64,000 nt of DNA from positions 32,001 to 96,000 of the forward strand of contig CAWCUS010000005.1 in NCBI GenBank assembly GCA_963798845.1, given 5' to 3'. Under the pieces are notes generated by a model. It saw nothing but the letters and a program-made list of their open reading frames with translations, was not told the DNA's origin and did not search any database. The position numbers and the translations under genes are program-made. This DNA comes from an uncultured Gemmatimonadales bacterium. Its GTDB lineage: Bacteria; Gemmatimonadota; Gemmatimonadetes; Longimicrobiales; RSA9. Of this stretch, positions 19,126 to 28,173 are shown piece after piece (the first letter of the stretch is position 1; every line of letters begins with the position of its first letter).

Positions 19126-19845
19126 ATGGGAACGGTGAGAGCACTCAGGGAGGAACGGGCGCCGAAGTGGCTGGTGGTGCTCAGCTTCGCGGCGCTGGGC
19201 GCCGTGCTGGCCGGCCAGTATTACGGGTTCTTCGTCGCCCCGGTGGCGGAGGACTACCAGGCGTCGCAGAAGATCATGTACATCCACGTGCCAGCCGCGT
19301 GGAACGCGTTCCTGGCCATCTTCATCGTGTTCTGGGCGAGCGTGATGTACCTGTGGAAGCGAACGGAGCGCGCGGACCTGCTGGCGGCTTCGGCTGCCGA
19401 GATCGGAACCGTGTTCCTGGGCCTGACCCTCGCCCTGGGCTCGATCTGGGGCCGCTGGGCGTGGGGGGCGTGGTGGACGTGGGATGCCAGGCTGACGTCC
19501 ACGGCCGTGCTCTTCATCATGTTCGTGGGCTATCTCGCCCTGCGCTCGTTCACCGAGGATCCGGAGCGGAGGGCGACGTGGAGCGCGGGCGTGGGAATCT
19601 TCGGCGCGCTGAACGTGCCGATCGTGTACATGTCGGTGCGCTGGTGGCGTACGCTGCACCAGGTGCAGTCGTCGGCCACCACGATGGACCCGACGTTCAA
19701 GTGGGGGCTGGGCATCAACGCGATCGCTTTCCTGATGGTCATGATCTCGTTCGTGTCGTGGCGGTTCCGTGCGGCCAGGCTGGAACGGGAGGTGGAAGCG
19801 CTGCAGGAAGAAGCCGTGCTGGGGGGGAGAGAGATCCATGTCTGA
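19126..19845 (+). CDS. ccmC: Cytochrome c biogenesis protein CcmC
   Basis: YIHVP, WWD domain WGRWAWGAWWTWDARLT, WWRTLHQ. Confidence 0.95.
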   Translation: MGTVRALREERAPKWLVVLSFAALGAVLAGQYYGFFVAPVAEDYQASQKIMYIHVPAAWNAFLAIFIVFWASVMYLWKRTERADLLAASAAEIGTVFLGLTLALGSIWGRWAWGAWWTWDARLTSTAVLFIMFVGYLALRSFTEDPERRATWSAGVGIFGALNVPIVYMSVRWWRTLHQVQSSATTMDPTFKWGLGINAIAFLMVMISFVSWRFRAARLEREVEALQEEAVLGGREIHV

Positions 19846-19981
19846 AGCAGGGAATGTCTGGGCCTACGTCATCGGCGCGTACAGCGTGGCCTGGGTGACG
19901 CTGGTGGCCTACTCGATTCGGCTGGCGGTGATGACTCGCCGCGCGCGCCAGGCGATGCTCGATCTCGGAGGTGAGGAGTGA
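19838..19981 (+). CDS. ccmD: Heme exporter protein CcmD
   Basis: 47-aa single-TM peptide (YVIGAYSVAW) with basic tail, lying between ccmC and ccmE with overlapping start/stop codons. Confidence 0.8.
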   Translation: MSEAGNVWAYVIGAYSVAWVTLVAYSIRLAVMTRRARQAMLDLGGEE

Positions 19982-20418
19982 ACCGGAAGCTGATCGGAAT
20001 CGCCGGTGCGATCCTGGTGCTGGGCGGATTCGGGTACCTGATCTGGGGCGGACTCGGGAGCAACCTGGTCTACTTCCTCACGCCCTCGGAGCTGATGGCG
20101 AAGGGGAAGGCGGCGTACGAGACGCCGGTGCGGCTGGGGGGGCAGGTGGTCCCCGGTTCCATCGAGTGGAACGCAGACGCGCTGGATCTCCGTTTCCGCG
20201 TCACGGATGGTCAGGATACGCTCGCGGTCCACTCGAAGGGTGCGCCGCCCGCGATGTTCAAGGACACGATGGGCGTGGTGGTGGAGGGGACATACCACGA
20301 GGCGGGAGTGTTCGAGTCGACGAACCTGATGGTCCAGCACTCGAACGAGTACAAGGCGCCACCGCCCGGACACAAGCCGGTGGACGCATACAAGACGCTG
20401 ATCAGAGAGGACGGGTAG
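19978..20418 (+). CDS. ccmE: Heme chaperone CcmE
   Basis: YFLTPSE, VRLGGQV, and HxxxY motif HSNEY. Confidence 0.94.
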   Translation: MNRKLIGIAGAILVLGGFGYLIWGGLGSNLVYFLTPSELMAKGKAAYETPVRLGGQVVPGSIEWNADALDLRFRVTDGQDTLAVHSKGAPPAMFKDTMGVVVEGTYHEAGVFESTNLMVQHSNEYKAPPPGHKPVDAYKTLIREDG

Positions 20419-20422
20419 GCTC

Positions 20423-22430
20423 GTGGTCAGGCTTCTCGGATTCAGCGCGATCGCATTCTCGCTCGGCCTGGCGGTGTACGCCGCGCTGGCCGCGTACTGG
20501 GGGGCGTACCGGAAGACGCCGGAGCTCGTGGCGAGCGCCCGGGCCGCGGCCTACGCGGTGTTCGGGCTCGTGCTCGTGGCGAACCTCTCCATGGTGTACG
20601 CCCTTCTGACTCACGATTTCAGCATCTCCTACGTCGCACAGGTGGGGAATCGGTCCACGCCCGCGTTCTACACGGTGATCTCGCTGTGGGGCTCGCTGGA
20701 GGGGTCGATTCTCTTCTGGGGCCTGGTGCTCACCGGGTATGCCGCGGTGGCGACGTTCCTTCACCGGGACCGCGACAACGCCATGTTCCCGGTGGCGCTC
20801 GGCACGATGATGGTGGTGAGCACGTTCTTCCTGGCGCTGCTGATGGGCCCGGCAAACCCGTTCAAGGCCATGTTCCCGATACCGGCGGATGGCCCCGGAC
20901 CGAACCCGTTGCTGCAGAACCACTGGCTGATGGGCGTCCACCCGCCGCTGCTGTACCTCGGCTATGTGGGCATGACCGTGCCGTTCGCTTTCGCGGTGGG
21001 TGCGCTGGTCACCAAGCAGACGGACGATCGCTGGCTGCGCATCACGCGCCGCTGGACGATCACGGCGTGGGGCTTCCTCAGCCTGGCGATCATCGCCGGA
21101 ATGTGGTGGTCGTACGACGTGCTGGGGTGGGGCGGGTACTGGGCGTGGGACCCGGTGGAGAACGCATCGTTCATTCCCTGGCTCACGGCCACGGCATTCA
21201 TCCACAGCATGATGGTGCAGGAACGGCGGGGGATGCTGAAGGTCTGGAACGTGAGCCTGATCATCTCCACGTTCGTGCTGACGATCCTGGGCACGTTCCT
21301 GACTCGGAGCGGGATCCTGTCGTCGGTGCATGCGTTCGCGGAAGGCGATATCGGCTACTGGTTCCTGGGCTTCATCGGATTCGTGCTCCTGGCGAGCCTC
21401 GCGCTCGTGGCGGGGAGGAGCGAGGAGCTGGCGAGCGACGGGCGTCTTGAATCGGCCGCGTCGCGCGAGACCGTGTTCCTCCTGAACAACCTCGTGCTGG
21501 CGGCGTTCGCCTTCACGGTGATCCTCGGCACCCTGTTCCCGCTGGTGGCAGAAGCGCTGCGGGGGGTGAAGGTGACCGTGGGTGAGCCGTTCTTCAACAG
21601 GATGACCCTGCCCATGGCCGTCCTGCTCCTCTTCCTGGTGGGCGTGGGCCCGGTGCTGCCGTGGGGGCGAGCGAGCGAGCGGGACTACCGCCGGCTGCTG
21701 GTCCCCGCCGGTGATGGGTCTCATCGCCGGCGTGGTCGGATTCACCGCGGGGTTCCGCAACGTGATCGCCCTCCTGGGGATCGCTTTCGCCGGCTTCGCG
21801 CTGGCCGCCAACCTGAGCGAGTTCGGTGCCGGGGCGCGGGCGCGCATGCGCTCGCAGGGTGAAAACGCGGCGCTGGCGCTGTGGCGCCTGATCAAGGGGA
21901 ATCCACGGCGGTTCGGTGGCTACGTAGCGCACGTGGGCGTGCTCGTCGCCGCGGTGGGGATCATCGCGTCGTCCAGCTTCAAGGTGGACCGGGAATTCAC
22001 GCTCACGCCGGGCGAGACGGCGGACGTGGGCGGCTACACGCTGCGGCTCGAGGAAGTCTGGGGCAGGGAAGAGGCGCGGCGCTTCGTCGTGGGCGCGGAC
22101 GTGGCCGTGCTCAAGGGGAGTCACCAGGTGGCGACGCTGGCGCCGCGCCTGAACTACTACAACAGCAGCGAGCAGCCGATCACCACGCCAGCCGTACGCA
22201 GCCGGCCGCACGAAGACCTCTATCTGACGCTGATGGCGTTCGAGCGGGACGGCTCGTCAGCGAGCATCCGGGCGATGGTCGAGCCGCTGGTGAGCTGGAT
22301 CTGGATCGGTGGCCTCATCATCGGGCTCGGCGCCCTGATCTCCCTGCGCTACCGGAGCCGCAGGGCGGACGACATGGTCGTGCGTCAGCCGGGCGGTTCC
22401 GGCCGGTTGACGAAGGAGGTGGTGGCGTGA
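20423..22430 (+). pseudogene. ccmF: Cytochrome c lyase CcmF split by a +1 frameshift near 21710 (probably an assembly error)
   Basis: First frame: EGS, HPPLLYLGY, WGGYWAWDPVEN, SVHAF. Second frame from 21711: GGYVAHVG, TPAV, DLYL, PLVSWIWIG. Confidence 0.88.
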
Positions 22431-23020
22431 GCTGGAAGCGTGCGGGGATCGCCATGGTGGTGGCGATCCCGCTCATCATGCTGTTCACGTTCGGACTGCG
22501 ACGAGGGGATCCCCGTCTGATCCCGTCGCCTCTCGTGGACGAGCCTGCCCCGGATTTCGCGCTGCCCGTGATGAACCTGGCGAGCACTGGACCGTCCACG
22601 ACGGGGGACACGGTGCGGCTCGCGGACTTCCGCGGGGACGTCGTGGTGCTCAACTTCTTCGCGTCCTGGTGCGTGCCGTGCCGGATCGAGCACCAGAGCC
22701 TCAACCGTATCGCGAGCGCGTACGCGGGGCGGGACGTCCACTTCTTCGGTGTGGTGTACAACGACAGCGCTCCGGCCATCCGCAGCTACGTGCGCCAGCT
22801 CGGGGGCATGGTCTACCCCGCGCTCGCGGACGGGGGGCAGCGCGTCGCCATCGACTACGGCCTCGTGGGTGTGCCCGAAACGTTCTTCATCGGCCGGGAT
22901 GGACGGGTCAGGAAGAAAGTGTTCAGCTCGGTCTACGATGATCAGCTGATAGCGGAGATCGAGACACTGCTCTCCGAGCCGCGCCCCGCGGCCGACGAGC
23001 CGGAGGAGGTGGGACGGTGA
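22427..23020 (+). CDS. ccmG: Thiol:disulfide oxidoreductase CcmG/TlpA
   Basis: N-terminal TM, NFFASWCVPC, YGLVGVPETFFI. Confidence 0.9.
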   Translation: MSWKRAGIAMVVAIPLIMLFTFGLRRGDPRLIPSPLVDEPAPDFALPVMNLASTGPSTTGDTVRLADFRGDVVVLNFFASWCVPCRIEHQSLNRIASAYAGRDVHFFGVVYNDSAPAIRSYVRQLGGMVYPALADGGQRVAIDYGLVGVPETFFIGRDGRVRKKVFSSVYDDQLIAEIETLLSEPRPAADEPEEVGR

Positions 23021-23460
23021 TGCGCAGGATGGCCGGATTGCTGGTGCTCCTGCTGGTGGTGGCTGGCACGCGCCTGAGCGCGCAACAGGAAGGGTTGACC
23101 CGGAAGGGCCCGCTACAGGATCAGGCCATGGAGGCGGAAGCGAGCCGGATCGCGTCGGGGCTGCGCTGCCCGGTGTGCCAGGGGCTCTCCATCCAGGATT
23201 CTCCCTCGCCGCTGGCGCAGGAGATGAAGGACGTGATCCGGACCCAGCTCTCCGCCGGAAGGTCCGAGGACCAGATCCAGGCCTACTTCGTCAGCAAGTA
23301 CGGCGAATGGGTGCTCCTGGCGCCCCGGGCCGCGGGCTTCAACCTCCTGGTCTACCTGCTCCCTGCGCTGGTCCTCCTGGCGGGCGGCGGACTGATCGTG
23401 TTGTCCGTTCGACGCTGGACGACCGCGGCGCCTCGCGACGGCGAAGCCGGCCAGGGCTGA
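23017..23460 (+). CDS. ccmH: Cytochrome c biogenesis protein CcmH
   Basis: LRCPVCQ, YGEWVLLAP, C-terminal TM. Confidence 0.93.
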   Translation: MMRRMAGLLVLLLVVAGTRLSAQQEGLTRKGPLQDQAMEAEASRIASGLRCPVCQGLSIQDSPSPLAQEMKDVIRTQLSAGRSEDQIQAYFVSKYGEWVLLAPRAAGFNLLVYLLPALVLLAGGGLIVLSVRRWTTAAPRDGEAGQG

Positions 23461-23603
23461 CCGGCTCTTTCCCGGGCTCCCGGCCTCGCGCCTCGCGCCG
23501 CCCGGGACTACCTTTCGCGGCGGTTGAAGGGCGGACCGTCTGCGGACGGCGACGGTAGAAGAGCCGAAAACGGCAAGGCTCGGGAGAACCCAGCGGAGCA
23601 TCG

Positions 23604-24467
23604 ATGTATCCTCACCTGTTCACGATCGGTCACTTCACCGTGACCTCGTTCGGCCTCATGATGTTCCTCTCGTTCGTGGTGGGCGCCTGGGTCCTGGCCC
23701 GCCAGTTCGAAAAGCGGGACATGAGCCCGGAGCTCGCGTGGGACATGCTGCTCTGGATCGCGCTCGGCGGCATCATCGGGGCCAAGCTGTACTACATCGG
23801 GCTCCATATGGACGACCTGGCGGCCGACCCGCTCCGGGAGCTGACCAACCGCGGCGGGCTGGTGTGGTACGGTGGCTTCATTGGCGGTGCAGCGGCGTTC
23901 TACTGGCAGGTCCGCAAGCGCAAGCTGTCGCTCGCCCGGACGTTCGATTCTGCAGCGCCGGCGCTCGCGATCGCGTACGCCGTGGGGCGCATGGGGTGCT
24001 TCCTCGTGGGCGACGACTACGGCCGTCCCACCGACTCCTGGGTCGGGATCGCGTTCCCGAAAGGGTATCCGCCGACCACCGCCGGCTACTTCCGTTCGAT
24101 CGGCACCGAGATCCCGGCCAACATCCCCGACTCGGCGGTGCTGGCCGTGCACCCGACGCAGCTGTACGAGATCGGGCTGGCGCTGATCATCTTCGCGATC
24201 CTGTGGCGGCTTTCGGGCAAACTTCGGGATGGACGCCTGTTCGCGGTCTACATGGCGCTGTACGGCATCGAGCGCTTCATGATCGAGTTCGTGCGCGCGA
24301 AGACCGACCACGTTCTTCTTGGCCTGACGACTTCACAGGTGGCCAGCATCCTCCTCCTCATGGGGGCTACCGTGATCTGGCAGCGGACCGCGAATGCACC
24401 CGTCACGGCGCCGTCCGGCGCCCGGACCGGGTCGCCCGGGGGGCCCCGGGCCGCCGCCCCTCGCTGA
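23604..24467 (+). CDS. lgt: Prolipoprotein diacylglyceryl transferase
   Basis: GGLVWYGG, GRMGCF, HPTQLYE, RFMIEFVR. Confidence 0.94.
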   Translation: MYPHLFTIGHFTVTSFGLMMFLSFVVGAWVLARQFEKRDMSPELAWDMLLWIALGGIIGAKLYYIGLHMDDLAADPLRELTNRGGLVWYGGFIGGAAAFYWQVRKRKLSLARTFDSAAPALAIAYAVGRMGCFLVGDDYGRPTDSWVGIAFPKGYPPTTAGYFRSIGTEIPANIPDSAVLAVHPTQLYEIGLALIIFAILWRLSGKLRDGRLFAVYMALYGIERFMIEFVRAKTDHVLLGLTTSQVASILLLMGATVIWQRTANAPVTAPSGARTGSPGGPRAAAPR

Positions 24468-24471
24468 GCTG

Positions 24472-25440
24472 GTGACCGCTCGGCGGCTCTCGTGCCTGCT
24501 CGCCGCGCTTGTCGCGGCGGCCGCGCCCCGGGCCGCGCGCGCACAGGAGCCGGCGGACACCACGGCCCATCCGCGCGTGCAGCCGCCGGGGGACTCGGTG
24601 GCCGCCATTGCGCCCGGAGATACCACCCTCTCCGACACCACCGCTCCAGCACCGGTCCGACCGGTGCCGAGGCTCGTGGTGACGGTCCAGGGAGGGCTGG
24701 TCCGGTTCACCGACCTGCAGTCCCAGGCCGCGCGCCTCGCCGTCAGGGGGGCGACGGGCGAGACAACGAGCACGGTTCTGCTGCGGACCCTGGGCGTCAA
24801 TGGCGGCGTGGGAGGAGGCGCTTCGGCGCTGCTGAACCTTTCCCGTCGGTGGGGCGCACGGCTGGGCGTGAGCATCCTGCAGGCGACGCTCAACGCGGCC
24901 TACGCCGCCGGCGACAGCGCGTCGTCGAACCGGGCCGGGAGGCTCCCGGCGCCCGGGGAGCGCGGGGTGCGGGTGACGGTGGTGGATGCGGCGCTGCAGT
25001 ATCGGCTTCCGGCGGGAGCGCGGCTGCATCCGTACCTGGAGCTCGGGGCTGCGGCCGTCAGCTGGGCGACCGACGCCACGACCGCCACTGCGCTGGCGGG
25101 CGCCAGCGATCTTCTGCACGCGCAGACGCGTGCGGCGGTTGAAGCGGCCGTAGGCGCAGTGGTTCCGGTCACTGACGCGCTCTCCGTCCGCCTCCAGGCA
25201 ACGACGCAGCTCTTCCGCACCCCGCTCGGGACCGCGCCGGCCAGCGCGCTCATCGCCTCAGGCGACTCCGCTTCGCTCTCCTTCGACCCCCCTCGCTCCG
25301 CGCACTACGCGGACGCGGCGGTGGAGCTCGTTCGGGCCATGCGGCTGGAGGTGGGCCTCAGTTACGGATTCGGCCGCCTGGCGCCGGAGCGCCCGAGCGA
25401 ATCCGCAGAAGTCGGATCGTCGACACCGACGCCCCGCTGA
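24472..25440 (+). CDS. Hypothetical secreted protein, probable outer-membrane beta-barrel
   Basis: Signal peptide ending ARA|Q; strands such as LHPYLELGAA and LEVGLSYGF. Confidence 0.65.
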   Translation: MTARRLSCLLAALVAAAAPRAARAQEPADTTAHPRVQPPGDSVAAIAPGDTTLSDTTAPAPVRPVPRLVVTVQGGLVRFTDLQSQAARLAVRGATGETTSTVLLRTLGVNGGVGGGASALLNLSRRWGARLGVSILQATLNAAYAAGDSASSNRAGRLPAPGERGVRVTVVDAALQYRLPAGARLHPYLELGAAAVSWATDATTATALAGASDLLHAQTRAAVEAAVGAVVPVTDALSVRLQATTQLFRTPLGTAPASALIASGDSASLSFDPPRSAHYADAAVELVRAMRLEVGLSYGFGRLAPERPSESAEVGSSTPTPR

Positions 25441-27157
25441 CCGCATCGGTCACCTCCACGGTGACCCGCTTCAGGCCGTCGCCCGCGCTGGAGAGGTCGA
25501 GGGTGAACGCCACCACGGCCGGATTCTCGGAAGCGGAGCCCTCCCAGGCGACGCGCACCGGGCGGTCGCGCCGGGCAAGGCCGAGCGTCCGACCGAGCCA
25601 GCGCACGGCACGGCCGATGGCGCCGGAATCATCCACCGGCTCCACTTGCCACGAGACCGCGTAGTGCGACTTTCCCCCCACCCGTGGCAGCCCGTACACC
25701 TCGACGTACAGCCCGATCGCTTCGCCGGGCGGGATCTCCAGTGAGGCGAGGGGGACGAGCGCGGCGTCCGTCCTCACGGCCGGCGCCGCCCCGGCGGCGA
25801 ACGGCAGACCGACCACGAGGTCCGAGAGCGAGAGCCCGCGGCTCGCGGGGACGTCGACCCGGAACTGGGCCAGGCCGCCGAGACCGGTGGATTCGTCGTC
25901 CACCTCTGCGCGCGCGACGTACACGCCCGGCCTCGCGGGCACCGTTCCCCTCAGGACCGTGCCTCTCGCGCCACCGCCCGAGTCCACTCGCACCATCGCT
26001 TCCACCCGGCCGACCTCGTGACCCATCGTGTCGAGCAGGGCGATCAGGCCGCGCGGGTGCTCCGGGACGAATGGACGCGCCGTATCGGCGGGGAGGAAGG
26101 CGTCGATGCGGAGCAGGGAGGCGCCGGGAAACACGGTGCTCTGGAACGACATGCCGTGCATGCGATGCAGCCGGACGGGGGCGTATTGCGTGTGCGCCGT
26201 GTCGCGCTCCAGGTCCGGCCGGCGACCCGGCGGATAGGGGAACGGGATCCCCTCCGTGAGGAGGCGGGCCGGGACGAACGAGACCATGTGGGGGTCGAAC
26301 CACTCGACCATGGAGAGCCTGGGCTCGAAGCTTGGCACGTACTGGTGCTGCCGCTCCCTCCGCACCGGCCGGCCGAAACGGAGCAGGATCTCCTCCTGGT
26401 CCGCGCCCCAGCTTTCCATCCCCAGCGCACGCGGCGCCTCCTCCAGGATGGCGGCCCATGCGTGCCGTGCGTAGTGCGCCGAGCGGCGCTCGTTCCCTGG
26501 CTCCAGCAGCGACGGATCGGAGAAGGCCCAGAAGCGCGCGAGGTAGCGCTCCCTGGCCTCCGGGTCGAGCCGCTCGTAGGCCTTGCGCTCCTCTCCCTCC
26601 AGCAGGACCCCCACGTCGTCGAGCTTCTCCCGGGCCTCCGCCGGCATGGCTGCGCGCGCTGAATCGAACGCCTCCTCGGCCTCGGCGAAATCGCCGGCCT
26701 CGTGAAGCGCAAGCCCGAGCAGCATCAGGCTCTCCGGTGCGTAGTGCGCAGCCCATGCGTGCGTTCTGGCCGTGGCCACCGCCTCCGACTCCCGGTCGTC
26801 ATCGACCAGGTAGCGCACCACCCGCCCCGCTGCCACCGGGTCCGCCGGCGCGGCAGAGAACCAGCGGCGGTGCGTCCGGAGCGCCGCCAGCCGGGCCTGC
26901 ACCGCCGCCTCCGGCGGAGGCAGCGGGGCGCGGGGCGGGGTGCCCGGGTCATCGTAGGTGAAGCAGAAGCGGCCGATGATCTCGTCGCAGTGATCGCCGC
27001 CACCGCTCCCGAAGCGCTCGGGGGCGAGTCGTCGCAGGAGCGACTCGTAGTAGAACGCCGCGGAGCGGGCTCGGCGCGCCAGGGCGCGAACCGAGTCTTG
27101 CGGCGCCGTCTGGGGCGCGGCCACGGAAAAGAACACAATCAGCAAGGCTTCGAGCAC
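25358..27157 (-). CDS. GWxTD-domain-like secreted protein with TPR region
   Basis: FWAFSDP...NERRSAHYAR...SWGADQEEILLRFGRP resembles the GWxTD domain; beta-rich C-terminus; start chosen at GTG 27157. Confidence 0.75.
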   Translation of the reverse strand: MLEALLIVFFSVAAPQTAPQDSVRALARRARSAAFYYESLLRRLAPERFGSGGGDHCDEIIGRFCFTYDDPGTPPRAPLPPPEAAVQARLAALRTHRRWFSAAPADPVAAGRVVRYLVDDDRESEAVATARTHAWAAHYAPESLMLLGLALHEAGDFAEAEEAFDSARAAMPAEAREKLDDVGVLLEGEERKAYERLDPEARERYLARFWAFSDPSLLEPGNERRSAHYARHAWAAILEEAPRALGMESWGADQEEILLRFGRPVRRERQHQYVPSFEPRLSMVEWFDPHMVSFVPARLLTEGIPFPYPPGRRPDLERDTAHTQYAPVRLHRMHGMSFQSTVFPGASLLRIDAFLPADTARPFVPEHPRGLIALLDTMGHEVGRVEAMVRVDSGGGARGTVLRGTVPARPGVYVARAEVDDESTGLGGLAQFRVDVPASRGLSLSDLVVGLPFAAGAAPAVRTDAALVPLASLEIPPGEAIGLYVEVYGLPRVGGKSHYAVSWQVEPVDDSGAIGRAVRWLGRTLGLARRDRPVRVAWEGSASENPAVVAFTLDLSSAGDGLKRVTVEVTDAVSGASVSTIRLLRIRSGAPAPGGRIRN

Positions 27158-27172
27158 GGATTCACTTCGACG

Positions 27173-27188
27173 TGGAACGCGGATTGCC
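27173..27188 (+). promoter_or_regulatory. Putative sigma54 (-24/-12) promoter of gntR
   Basis: TGGAAC-GCGGA-TTGC against consensus TGGCAC-N5-TTGC with exact spacing, 56 nt before the GTG start that has an AGGAGG RBS. Confidence 0.6.
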
Positions 27189-27243
27189 CTCGGCGTCGTC
27201 CAAGGAACGCGGTAGACTCCAAGAAGAGGACAGGAGGTCTGCG

Positions 27244-28173
27244 GTGCGCAAGGCCGGATCACTCGTGCTGGATCGGCTGCGGGAGCGGATCCTCGTGGGG
27301 CTGTACTTCGGGACATGGGCGCCAGGCGACCGTTTGCCGAGCGTGCGACAGGTGGCCGCAATGGAGGACGTGGACCGGAAGACGGCGGCCGCCGCGTACC
27401 GCCGGCTGGCAAAGGAGGGGCTGGTGGCGGTGGAGGCGCGCTCGGGCGTGTACCTGCAGGGTTCCAGGCAGGCCGAAGTCCCCGACCCGCTGGCCACGCT
27501 GCACCGGCAATGGCTCGAGTCGACGCTGAACAGCGCGTTCGAGCTGGGGCTCGACACCGAGTCGGTGGCCCGCATGCTCCAGGGCGTGGCCGTGGTGCAG
27601 GAGCGGCCGATTCCCGTGGTCGACGGGGACCCCGGCCACGCGGCGCTGCTCGCCGCGGAGCTGAAGTCGATGCTCGACGTCGACGCCAGGCCGTGCGCAC
27701 CGGACAGCGCGGGCAACCCCGCCGGGCTGTTCAGGGACGCTCCTTTCCTGGTAGCGACGCCCGTCGCCGCCGGGCTCATTCCGCGGGCCCGGCGGCGGGT
27801 GGTGCGCCTGACCCTCTGCCCGGAGCTGTTCGAGGACGTCCGCAGGCACGCCGCGCGCGGGATGGTCACCGTGATCGTGGGCACGCGCGGCCTCGAGCTG
27901 GAGCTGCGGCGAGCGCTGCGGCGCGGCCTGGCCGGCCCGTCCGGTCGGGTCCGCGTGATCCGGCCCGGTGAGCCGTCGAAGCTGGACGTCGAGGGTGAGG
28001 GTACGGTGCTGGTGTGGCCGGGCTCCCCCGCGTGGGTGCGGGAGCGGCTGGATGGGGGGGCGCGGTATGCGCGGCGGCTGATCTCGGAGCGCACGCTCTC
28101 GGAAGTGCGCGGCCACGTGGCTCGCGCGGCGCTGGAGACCATCAATAAGTCCAACGCCATCGCGTCGCGATGA
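27244..28173 (+). CDS. GntR-family transcriptional regulator with atypical C-terminal domain
   Basis: WAPGDRLPSVRQVA...TAAAAYRRLAKEGLV...RSGVY wHTH; AGGAGG RBS. Confidence 0.85.
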   Translation: MRKAGSLVLDRLRERILVGLYFGTWAPGDRLPSVRQVAAMEDVDRKTAAAAYRRLAKEGLVAVEARSGVYLQGSRQAEVPDPLATLHRQWLESTLNSAFELGLDTESVARMLQGVAVVQERPIPVVDGDPGHAALLAAELKSMLDVDARPCAPDSAGNPAGLFRDAPFLVATPVAAGLIPRARRRVVRLTLCPELFEDVRRHAARGMVTVIVGTRGLELELRRALRRGLAGPSGRVRVIRPGEPSKLDVEGEGTVLVWPGSPAWVRERLDGGARYARRLISERTLSEVRGHVARAALETINKSNAIASR

